Assembly (NCBI GenBank): GCA_964563645.1
Contig: CAZLXJ010000024.1
Coordinates: 72,742-136,741 of the forward strand
DNA from: an uncultured Actinomycetota bacterium
GTDB lineage: Bacteria; Actinomycetota; Humimicrobiia; Humimicrobiales; Humimicrobiaceae
Reading direction: 5' to 3'
DNA: 64,000 nucleotides
Each line of letters begins with the position of its first letter. Position 1 is the first letter of the stretch. The translations under genes were made by a program, and so were the position numbers. Positions 1 to 8,208 of the stretch are shown here, piece by piece. The notes below the pieces were generated by a model. It searched no databases. It was not told the origin of the DNA and worked only from the letters and a program-made list of their open reading frames with translations.

Positions 1-1
1 G

Positions 2-1009
2 GGAAGAGATGCAAAAAAATATATTCATGATATAAGCGGTAAAAAGGTAATCAACAAAGAACATCGGAAAGCGACTCTATCCGGAAGTGAAAATACAAAA
101 AAAATATTAAGTCCTGTTAATTTGAGGAAATATGACTGGAAATATTTCGAAGAGAAATTGGGCCTGCTTTCAGAAATGGTTCAGAAAGATAAATTTGAAG
201 ATTTTAGTGATAATTTTAATAGATTTTACGGAATCACTATAAAAGGCAGTGTAGTCAGGGAGGCAAGAAAATATTATCATAAGACCGAAGATGATACCAT
301 ATTAAAGTCGTATGGCCGGAATTTAAAATCCAGCAGGCAAATTTTTCCACTGACTCCTATTCTGGATTATCTGGAGTGTCCCGCTGTGTATAAGTGGAAA
401 TACATATATTCAATACCCCGGAAACCAGACGGTAAAATGGAAATAGGGGAGAGGGTTCACAAATATATTGAGAATATAGCGTTTATATGTTCAAAAAATA
501 ATTCTTTTGGAGTCAAAAGATTTCTGGATATGTGCCCTGATGATATAAGGCCCTATATCAGAATATTTACGGAAAGCAGATTGGCAGATTTTTCTTTTTA
601 CCCGCCGGAAGAGGTAATACTGGAAAGATTGTTTTATCTAAAAACAGGTGATTATTTCATAACAGGCAAAATCGACAGGGCGGACAGAAGGAAAGAAATG
701 ATTGAAATAATAGATTATAAAATATCAAATGGGACAGGGAAAGATATGCCTTTAAGGTATAAAAGACAGATACTCTCATATATTTCTGCATTTTCAAGAA
801 TAATGAATATACCCGTTAATAGAATCAAGGGTACCCTTCTTTATCTTGGGAACGGCAATACTGTTTCTATGTGGGGGAATAAAGAAGAAATTAAAAGAAA
901 CGACAGGCTTCTTTCCACCACTGTTAAAAAGATAATTAATGGACAATTCAAACCAATTAAGAAAACAAACTGTCATAAGCATTGTGAGTATTCTGGCTTC
1001 TGTATATGA
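2..1009 (+). CDS. C-terminal part of a larger protein ending in a RecB/Cas4-type PD-(D/E)XK nuclease domain with a Cys cluster (5'-truncated by the window edge)
   Basis: The frame of the 122..1009 ORF is open back to base 2, with no stop upstream of the TTG at 122. The gene therefore starts outside the window. Motifs seen: LDYLECP (early Cys), GKIDRAD, EIIDYK (D/E-x-K), RQILSY (QxxxY), and a C-terminal CHKHCEYSGFC cluster. Confidence 0.6.
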   Translation, partial: GRDAKKYIHDISGKKVINKEHRKATLSGSENTKKILSPVNLRKYDWKYFEEKLGLLSEMVQKDKFEDFSDNFNRFYGITIKGSVVREARKYYHKTEDDTILKSYGRNLKSSRQIFPLTPILDYLECPAVYKWKYIYSIPRKPDGKMEIGERVHKYIENIAFICSKNNSFGVKRFLDMCPDDIRPYIRIFTESRLADFSFYPPEEVILERLFYLKTGDYFITGKIDRADRRKEMIEIIDYKISNGTGKDMPLRYKRQILSYISAFSRIMNIPVNRIKGTLLYLGNGNTVSMWGNKEEIKRNDRLLSTTVKKIINGQFKPIKKTNCHKHCEYSGFCI

Positions 1010-1037
1010 TCAAACCGGATAAAGAACTGCGCCGTGA

Positions 1038-1958
1038 TCAGATTTCGGTACACCAGACGGAGTATTCTTCAATCTTATTCTTGACTACCCTGAAATATTG
1101 GTCCTGAAGTTTCTTTGTAATGTGCCCCATACCTCCATCTCCAATAATCCTCTTATCAACGGAGCCTATCGGTGATATCTGGGCTCCAGTGCCGCAGAAG
1201 AATAGTTCATCTGCAATATAAAGCTCTGTTCTGTCTATCGGTCTTTCAAGAACTTCCAGCAGGCCCATTTTTTCTGCAAGTTCGATTACTGTATTTCTTG
1301 TTATGCCTTCAAGTATGTCGTTTGTTACAGGAGGGGTAACCAGTTTATTATTTCGTACCATAAATAAATTCATAGCACTTCCCTCACACACATGCCTTCC
1401 ATCAGTCGAAAGAACAAGTGCTTCATCATATCCATTTAAAATAGCCTCTGTTTTTTGGAGCGCTGCATTCACGTATGAACCTGATATTTTTGCTCTTGGA
1501 GGAATAGCATTATCCGATATCCTGTCCCAGGATGAAATGCATACATTTATGGGCTTATCGGTTTCAAGATATAGACCCAGTGGTATTGAATATATAAATA
1601 GATCCTGCTCATTTCCTATAAGTTTCGGTCCTATTCCAAGGCTGCTGTTATAGGCAAACGGTCTTATATATGCATCTTCCGAATATTTTTCTTTTTTCAT
1701 AAGATCAAGGGTAATACCACATAGTTCATCTACTGAATATCTTACACCTATCATGATTATTTTTGCATTTAGGATAAATCTTTTAAAATGATCCCTCATC
1801 CTGAATATATAATTTTTTCCTGTATCATCATTCCAATAACTTCTTATGCCTTCAAAAACTCCGGTTCCATACTGAAGCGCATTGGTCCTTATATCGATTT
1901 TTGCTTCTTCTATCGGAATTATATGACCATTAAAAAAAGCATATCCTGGATGAGCCAT
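1038..1958 (-). CDS. ilvE: Branched-chain amino acid aminotransferase (class IV PLP fold)
   Basis: 306 aa. N-terminus FFNGHIIPIEEAKIDIRTNALQYGTGVFEGIRSY and EGSAMNLF / GITR segments are typical of IlvE. Confidence 0.9.
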   Translation of the reverse strand: MAHPGYAFFNGHIIPIEEAKIDIRTNALQYGTGVFEGIRSYWNDDTGKNYIFRMRDHFKRFILNAKIIMIGVRYSVDELCGITLDLMKKEKYSEDAYIRPFAYNSSLGIGPKLIGNEQDLFIYSIPLGLYLETDKPINVCISSWDRISDNAIPPRAKISGSYVNAALQKTEAILNGYDEALVLSTDGRHVCEGSAMNLFMVRNNKLVTPPVTNDILEGITRNTVIELAEKMGLLEVLERPIDRTELYIADELFFCGTGAQISPIGSVDKRIIGDGGMGHITKKLQDQYFRVVKNKIEEYSVWCTEI

Positions 1959-2011
1959 TATTATCCTTCCTGGAAAATATTAATAATATTTTTATGATTT
2001 TAAAATTTTTT

Positions 2012-2084
2012 TTACAAAAAGAAAACCCCTGGTTATCTTTTACCTTTGCTCACGCTTTAGGTTACTCAACATCCTGGGGTTTCC
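2012..2084 (-). terminator. Intrinsic terminator inside the ilvE 5' leader
   Basis: Minus-strand RNA reads GGAAACCCCAGGAUGUU...(about 26-nt loop)...GAUAACCAGGGGUUUUCUUUUUGU. There is an AAACCCC/GGGGUUU core plus extra pairs, followed by a U-run. It lies about 55 nt upstream of the ilvE ATG. Confidence 0.5.
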
Positions 2085-2215
2085 ACCCTGAATCTTTTCT
2101 CAGGCCTTTTTAGAATCTTAACTTACTGCTTACCTTCTTTCGTTGGTCCGTTTCAGTTAATTCCTCAAGTTACCTCCTGATTCAGAGCATAATAAATATA
2201 TCAAAATTTATATTT
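2012..2215 (-). promoter_or_regulatory. Candidate T-box-like attenuator leader of ilvE
   Basis: The minus strand has AUUCAGGGUGGAAACCCC (+2076..2090). This resembles the T-box GGGUGGNACC core with one extra nt. Its 3' part forms the 5' arm of the terminator. An upstream helix GAAUUAACU...AGUUAAGAUUC contains an AGUA. The specifier codon was not identified. Confidence 0.35.
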
Positions 2216-2659
2216 GAAGTCAAATTAGGATTAGCTTTCATCTAGCTATAATATTATAACGGTAGGCAACAGGATATAACACAGATATCACGCCACAGAA
2301 ATCTTTCACTGGTGTCACATGACCGAAACATGATTTTATCTTAAAAGGATGTATTTTAAATAATTAAAATAGTATATATTAATAAAAACAATAAAAATTA
2401 TAGAATTTCGATAAAGAACATTTATTAAAAATAAAACAGATGGGGTACAAATGCCAGAAAAAGGCACTTAACTCCGGAAGGGGCAAAGAATAAAGGCAAA
2501 AAACCGGATATGGGCAGTTAAGATTTGACATAGAACAACAGTTCAGGCCAGGCATGGCCGGGGATGCTGAATACGGAATAATAGCTTACCAGAATTAAGA
2601 AATAAGCGGAAGAATATACGGGATAGAAAATTGAATTTTTAAAGGATCAAAAATATAGA

Positions 2660-3553
2660 ATGACTGCAGAAGTAAAAAAAACTGTTATAGTGACAGATTC
2701 TGTTGCTGATTTGCCTGATAATATAATTGAGAAGTATAATATAAAAGTTGTACCGCTGTATATCAATTTCGGCGGAAGGTCTTACAGGGAAAATCTAGAG
2801 TTGAGCCCCGATACGGTCTATAGTGAATTAATTTCGGGTCGATCCATTAAAACATCAACACCTTCGGTGGAAGATTTTATAAATATTTATACCAATATTA
2901 AAAAAAATGATAATCCAGAAACCGTATATTCGATACACATGAGTTCGGCGCTTTCAGGGACTTTCAATTCCGCTGTTTCAGCGAGAAGTTTGATGGTGAA
3001 TATGGATATGGACATAAGGATTATAGATTCAAAAAAAGCAGCTATTTGCGAGGGATTCATAGTGCTTTCTGCGGCCAGGGCCGCAATGTCCGGGGCACCT
3101 ACGGAAAAAATAGACAGGCTTATAGGAAATTTGATAGATTCCAGCTATTTTTATGCAACTTTTGAAGATTTTAAATATGTATTAAAAGGCGGAAGGGCAC
3201 CATTTCTGGCAGGATTCATAGAAAAGGCGATGCCCTTAAAACCTGTTATTACTTTCAATCCGGCAGGCAGATTAAAGTTGAAAAAGTTCTGTTTAAATAA
3301 GGAATCTTCTATCCGGGAGCTTTATAGTTTTGCCAGATCAGACATAATCCGGAATGACATGGGCAGATGCATGATAGGCATATGCTATGGAAATGATATC
3401 GGGCCTGCCCTGGAATTAAAAGAACTGGTAACGGATGACCCGCAAATCCATACAAGTGAAATATTAATGACGCAGATGACAACGGTTATGGCTGTACATA
3501 CCGGCCCCGGCATATGGGGGATAGCTGTATGCCCGTATTATGAAAACAGATAA
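2660..3553 (+). CDS. DegV family fatty-acid-binding protein
   Basis: 297 aa. It has VIVTDSVADLP, a VVPLYINFGGRSYRE N-terminal signature, and an S-rich ligand region (HMSSALSGTFNSA). Confidence 0.85.
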   Translation: MTAEVKKTVIVTDSVADLPDNIIEKYNIKVVPLYINFGGRSYRENLELSPDTVYSELISGRSIKTSTPSVEDFINIYTNIKKNDNPETVYSIHMSSALSGTFNSAVSARSLMVNMDMDIRIIDSKKAAICEGFIVLSAARAAMSGAPTEKIDRLIGNLIDSSYFYATFEDFKYVLKGGRAPFLAGFIEKAMPLKPVITFNPAGRLKLKKFCLNKESSIRELYSFARSDIIRNDMGRCMIGICYGNDIGPALELKELVTDDPQIHTSEILMTQMTTVMAVHTGPGIWGIAVCPYYENR

Positions 3554-3566
3554 TAAAAGTATGGCA

Positions 3567-5015
3567 TCAACCTGTAATAACTCCTCCTCCAAGAAGAATA
3601 TCATCATCATAGAAAACCGCAGATTGTCCCGGAGTCAAAGATTCAGCCGGTTTTTTGAAGCTTACTAAAGCAGTGTTTCCTTCTGCCAGTGATATTTTTG
3701 CCGGTATTGGCCTGCAGTTATATCTTATTTTCACATCGGCGGTAAATTCTTTTGATGGAGGTTTCCCGGATATAAAATTCACACTTTCGATTACAGTACT
3801 TTTTGACATGAGGCCTTTTTTTTCACAGACTATTATTATATTTTTATCCGGAATGATCTTTTTTACATAGAGGGGTTCTGAATGGCTGATCCCAAGACCC
3901 TTCCTCTGCCCTATAGTATAATAGGGAAATCCGCGGTGGTCTCCAAGGTATTCCCCCCGCATATTCATGATTCTCCCTATCTTTATTTTTTCTGCACCAC
4001 TGTTTAATAATTTATGGTAACTTCCGCCATTTGCAAAGCAGATGTCCTGGCTTTCTTCTTTTCTCCCGGCAAAACCGGAAAAATCTTCTAACCTTTTCTT
4101 AATATCTTTTTTGGTAAAAAAGCCAAGGGGGGTTTTTATGCGGGCAATCTGCGACTGGGTAAGCTTCCAGAAGAAATAACTCTGTTCCTTTAGCCGGTCA
4201 ATACCCTTTCTTATTATAAAAGAATTGTTTTTTTCATTTTTTTCTATGATGCAGTAGTGACCGGTAGCTATATATTTTGCGCCCAGTGCCCTGCATATTT
4301 CCAGCAGGCGGCCAAATTTTATGTTTTTATTGCAGTCGATACAGGGATTTGGAGTTTTACCTTCAAGGTATGAAATGCAGAAAGGTTTTATTATTTCTTC
4401 ATTGAAAATATCCCTGAGATCTATGACAAGATGCGGGATATCAAGTAACCTGCATGCCATTGCTGCAGATTCAATATCAGAAGAGACCCATGATGTTATC
4501 CTTTTTTCCGGAGAAAGCATATGGTCGGGAATTATTTTCATTGTGACCCCTATAAGGCTATAACCCTTCTCTTTCAATATTTTTGCTGCCATGGAACTGT
4601 CCATCCCTCCGCTCATGGCCACAGCTGCTGTATTTTCATTTTCAGGATATTTTTTTTCTCCGGCAAGTTCAGGAATATGTGAGGAAAGCATATTATAAAA
4701 AGCTCCGAGAGCAACATTTACCGGGTCATCTTTTTCATTTGAAGTTTTAGGGAACTTTTCCCCAATGTCTCCTTTTGAGATTTTTGCCGCATCAAAAAAA
4801 GTCCTGTTTTTTGCGAGTCTGGCTATGAGGTCTGAAACAGATATAAGCAGGCCGCAGCCAAAAGCCCTGAAACTTATTTCTTTTATTATCCCATTTTTAA
4901 TAAGGGAATAATATATTACCGTTGCTGTTGAAAAAAGACTGCTGTCTTTTCCCGTACAATTGTAACCGGGTAATATCCCTGTGTTTTCTGGGTCCGAAAA
5001 GCGCATTTTATCCAA
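3567..5015 (-). CDS. mnmA: tRNA 2-thiouridylase MnmA with an N-terminal degenerate IscU/NifU-like domain
   Basis: PP-loop AVAMSGGMDSS at about residue 131, PNPCIDCNKNIKF, and a C-terminal barrel. Residues 1-112 align by eye to IscU (DPENTG; IIKEISFRAFGCG; DPVNVALGAF). Confidence 0.85.
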   Translation of the reverse strand: MDKMRFSDPENTGILPGYNCTGKDSSLFSTATVIYYSLIKNGIIKEISFRAFGCGLLISVSDLIARLAKNRTFFDAAKISKGDIGEKFPKTSNEKDDPVNVALGAFYNMLSSHIPELAGEKKYPENENTAAVAMSGGMDSSMAAKILKEKGYSLIGVTMKIIPDHMLSPEKRITSWVSSDIESAAMACRLLDIPHLVIDLRDIFNEEIIKPFCISYLEGKTPNPCIDCNKNIKFGRLLEICRALGAKYIATGHYCIIEKNEKNNSFIIRKGIDRLKEQSYFFWKLTQSQIARIKTPLGFFTKKDIKKRLEDFSGFAGRKEESQDICFANGGSYHKLLNSGAEKIKIGRIMNMRGEYLGDHRGFPYYTIGQRKGLGISHSEPLYVKKIIPDKNIIIVCEKKGLMSKSTVIESVNFISGKPPSKEFTADVKIRYNCRPIPAKISLAEGNTALVSFKKPAESLTPGQSAVFYDDDILLGGGVITG

Positions 5016-5237
5016 GGATAGTTAATTATAAAAGTACTTTTATTCCTGGATAATTATATGATATTAATTAAAATAAATGTAGGATACAAAATCGCATTTT
5101 AAAGGGAGCTGGAATTCAAAAAATATGTCCAAATATTAAATGCAAATTATCAAAAAATAATATGAATATTTGAAAATTGGTATGCGCTGCAAGATAAACA
5201 TGATAATATTTTTTTAGGTTTGATAGTGAGAGAAAGG

Positions 5238-6125
5238 ATGAAAATGAGTGCAATAGGTTTTGTGGGAACAGGTATTATGGGCCGCCCCATGGCAATAAAT
5301 CTAATAAATGCTGGATATAAGTTAAACATTTATGCCAGAAACCCGGATAAAATAAGAGATCTTGAGGGAAAAGGGGCCGTACTTTTTAAGTCCATAAGAG
5401 AAATGGCGGCAGATAGCCCGCAGATAATAACCATGCTTCCGGATTCACCCGACAGCGAGGAAGTCATTACAGGCGGGACCGGGATTATAATGGGGGCAAA
5501 AATGGGGTCATTTGTAATTGACATGAGCTCGATAAATCCGATTGTGTCTATAAAAATGGGAAAGGCACTCAGGGATAAGGGTATCGATTTTATGGATGCC
5601 CCTGTATCAGGAGGAGAGGAAGGAGCTGTTAAAGGAGAACTGGCTATTATGGCCGGCGGAGAGAAAAGATTATTCAGAAAAGCAGAACCTGTCTTTAAAA
5701 TATTGGGAAGCTCCTATACCCATGTTGGCGGTGCAGGTGCCGGTAATTTTACAAAACTTGTAAACCAGATAATAGTAGCCTTAAATATTGCAGCGATGGG
5801 GGAAGCATTTGTACTGGCGGAAAAGGCCGGTCTGTCACTTGGAACTGTATATAACGCAATAAAAGGAGGACTTGCAGGGAGCAATGTCCTTGACAGTAAG
5901 ACTCCCCGGGTGTTGAGAAGAGATTTTGAGCCTGGATTCAGGATAGCCCTGCATTACAAAGATATTAAGAATGCATTAAGTGCAGCAGATTCCCTGGGGG
6001 TTTCCCTCCCCCTGACCTCCCTTATGGGTGAAGTATTAAAATCCTTGAAAACCGGAAATTATTCAGATTTTGATCACGGGGCAATAATAAAATTTTTTGA
6101 AAGAATATCCAATATGGAAGTGTAA
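5238..6125 (+). CDS. NAD(P)-dependent beta-hydroxyacid dehydrogenase (3-hydroxyisobutyrate / tartronate-semialdehyde reductase family)
   Basis: Rossmann IGFVGTGIMGRPMAINL, DAPVSGG, and GAGNFTKLVNQI. The ORF track starts at 5220; the ATGs at 5238/5244 follow AGAAAGGA. Confidence 0.75.
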   Translation: MKMSAIGFVGTGIMGRPMAINLINAGYKLNIYARNPDKIRDLEGKGAVLFKSIREMAADSPQIITMLPDSPDSEEVITGGTGIIMGAKMGSFVIDMSSINPIVSIKMGKALRDKGIDFMDAPVSGGEEGAVKGELAIMAGGEKRLFRKAEPVFKILGSSYTHVGGAGAGNFTKLVNQIIVALNIAAMGEAFVLAEKAGLSLGTVYNAIKGGLAGSNVLDSKTPRVLRRDFEPGFRIALHYKDIKNALSAADSLGVSLPLTSLMGEVLKSLKTGNYSDFDHGAIIKFFERISNMEV

Positions 6126-6151
6126 TAAAAAATTAGTAGCAGTATAATTGT

Positions 6152-6179
6152 TTTACAATATTATCTATGTTATTATAAT
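6152..6179 (+). promoter_or_regulatory. Sigma-70-like promoter of the ilvD operon leader
   Basis: TTTACA (6152-6157), a 16-nt spacer, then TATAAT (6174-6179). Confidence 0.4.
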
Positions 6180-6206
6180 CAATTATTGTTTTATAGGGAT
6201 TTGGAA

Positions 6207-6347
6207 ATGGAAATAATAAGAGATATAAAAAAGTTCTTTTTAGAGATTGGGAAAGGTTGCATATTCAACGAGTGTACCTGTTACGGCTCATTAGCGGTAG
6301 TCCTTATTATTTCATTATGTATCCTACCAGTGGGTATTATATCCTAG
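6207..6347 (+). CDS. 46-codon Ile/Leu/Val-rich small ORF (candidate leader peptide or small membrane peptide)
   Basis: MEIIRDIKKFFLEIGKGCIFNECTCYGSLAVVLIISLCILPVGIIS. 18 of 46 residues are I/L/V, concentrated in the last 18 codons. The stop codon sits in the hairpin ATATCCT-aggtac-AGGATAT (6339-6358). It is below the ORF-track size cutoff. Confidence 0.25.
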   Translation: MEIIRDIKKFFLEIGKGCIFNECTCYGSLAVVLIISLCILPVGIIS

Positions 6348-6458
6348 GTACAGGATATTTCTTATTCCTCAGTCTTTTTTTAATCCTGTATTCTTTAATT
6401 TTTAGAAGTTTGGGTTTTGCATATATTTTTTGAAGATTAAACATAAATAGGAGGAAAA

Positions 6459-8117
6459 TTGAGAAGTGATAATATGAAGAAAGGGGTTTCAAGACTCCCT
6501 CACAGGTCTATATTTAAATCACTGGGCTTTACCGATATAGAAATAGAAAGGCCGATTATAGGAGTTGTGAACTCATACAATGAACTTATACCGGGGCATA
6601 TGCACCTTAATAATATCGCAAAAGCTGTCAAAGCAGGAATAATGATAGCAGGAGGGACGCCTCAGGAGTTCAATACAATAGGTGTATGCGACGGGGTAGC
6701 GATGAACCATACCGGTATGAAATACTCACTTGCAACGAGAGAGATAATAGCTGATAGTGTAGAAGCTGTCTCGATGGCCCACCCTTTTGACGGTCTGGTC
6801 CTGATACCATGCTGCGACAAGATTGTACCCGGAATGATGATGGGTGCGCTGAGGCTTAATATTCCTGCAATTGTAATGAGCGGAGGCCCCATGATGGCTG
6901 GTAGATTCGGGGGTGAAGATATAGATTACAGTACCTGTTATGAAGCTATAGCAAGGTATGAGAAAGGTAAATTGAAAGATAGTGATATATATATGATTGA
7001 AGAAGAGGCATGTCCGACATGCGGCAGTTGTGCGGGGATGTTTACTGCTAATTCTATGAACTGCCTGTCCGAAGCAATAGGGCTGGCCTTACCCGGAAAC
7101 GGGACGATTCCTGCCGTATATTCGAAGAGATTAAGGCTTGCAAAGGAAGCCGGTTTTAAAATAATGGATCTGGTAAGAAAGAATATTAGACCCGGTGATA
7201 TTGTAAACATTGATTCTGTCAGGAACGCAATTGCAGTGGATATGGCACTTGGATGTTCTACCAATACAATACTGCACCTTACTGCGCTGGCAAGTGAAGC
7301 AGGAGTCCCATTTTCCTTAAAACTTGTAAATGAGGTAAGCAACAGTACTCCAAACCTCTGCAGGCTGAGTCCTGCAGGAAAACATCATGTCCAGGATCTT
7401 TATGCAGCGGGAGGCGTAGAAGCGGTTATGAATGAGCTTTATAAAAACGGTAATATAAATGGCCGTCCGATTACCGTAACAGGGAAAAAAGTAGCAGACA
7501 ATATCTCTAATATTGAAATAAAAGATAATAATGTAATAAGGAAGGCTAAAGATCCATATCAAAAGGATGGGGGCCTGGCAATACTATTTGGTAATCTTGC
7601 TCCCGATGGCTGTGTGGTGAAAAGGTCGGCGGTTGATCCAACAATGTATTATCATAAGGGCAGGGCCAGGGTTTTTGAAAGTGAGGAAGATTCACTTGAT
7701 GCAATTATGAATGGCAGGATAAAATCCGGAGACGTAATAGTCATAAGATATGAGGGCCCAAGGGGAGGTCCGGGTATGCGGGAAATGCTGGCACCCACAT
7801 CAGCCATTGCGGGCACAGGTCTTGATAAAAAGGTAGTCCTGATTACAGACGGAAGATTTTCCGGTGCAACGAGGGGAGCTTCGATAGGGCATGTATCTCC
7901 TGAAGCGCAGGCAGGCGGGCCGATAGCAGTAGTAAAAGAAGGAGACCTTATTGAAATTGATATTAATAAATATTCCATAAGACTTCTTGTTCCCGAAGAG
8001 GAGATAAAAAGCAGATTGGATAAATGGAGATCTCCGGAATTAAAAATAAAGGGGGGTTATATGGGGAGATATGCAAAGCTTGTGCAGTCTGCCGCTGAAG
8101 GGGCAATTTTAAAATAA
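6459..8117 (+). CDS. ilvD: Dihydroxy-acid dehydratase
   Basis: 552 aa. Motifs: [24 protein letters not shown], and a [16 protein letters not shown] Fe-S motif. TTG at 6459 lies 5 nt after AGGAGG; an alternative ATG is at 6474. Confidence 0.95.
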   Translation: MRSDNMKKGVSRLPHRSIFKSLGFTDIEIERPIIGVVNSYNELIPGHMHLNNIAKAVKAGIMIAGGTPQEFNTIGVCDGVAMNHTGMKYSLATREIIADSVEAVSMAHPFDGLVLIPCCDKIVPGMMMGALRLNIPAIVMSGGPMMAGRFGGEDIDYSTCYEAIARYEKGKLKDSDIYMIEEEACPTCGSCAGMFTANSMNCLSEAIGLALPGNGTIPAVYSKRLRLAKEAGFKIMDLVRKNIRPGDIVNIDSVRNAIAVDMALGCSTNTILHLTALASEAGVPFSLKLVNEVSNSTPNLCRLSPAGKHHVQDLYAAGGVEAVMNELYKNGNINGRPITVTGKKVADNISNIEIKDNNVIRKAKDPYQKDGGLAILFGNLAPDGCVVKRSAVDPTMYYHKGRARVFESEEDSLDAIMNGRIKSGDVIVIRYEGPRGGPGMREMLAPTSAIAGTGLDKKVVLITDGRFSGATRGASIGHVSPEAQAGGPIAVVKEGDLIEIDINKYSIRLLVPEEEIKSRLDKWRSPELKIKGGYMGRYAKLVQSAAEGAILK

Positions 8118-8208
8118 TTAAAAATTTTATATATATTGAATACAAAAGAGATAGTGCTATAATTATGAAAGTACTGTTATAAAGTTGTTACAATGTGGGA
8201 GAGATAAT

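Noticed and set aside
2440-2600. Possible SRP RNA, c-di-GMP-I (GEMM), purine, TPP or fluoride riboswitch in the ilvE/degV spacer. The trigger was CUCC-GGAA-GGGG, GGGGCAAAG/AGGCAAAAAACCGG, GGAUAUGGG and GGGGAUGCUGA.
   Set aside because: In each case only a short fragment resembles the consensus and the diagnostic elements are missing. There is no GUCAGG/AGCA loops for SRP, no CGCAAAGC or tetraloop-receptor for GEMM, no GUUUCUACC/CCGUAAAU for purine, and no CUGAGA...ACCUGA for TPP. It is kept only as an unclassified structured region.
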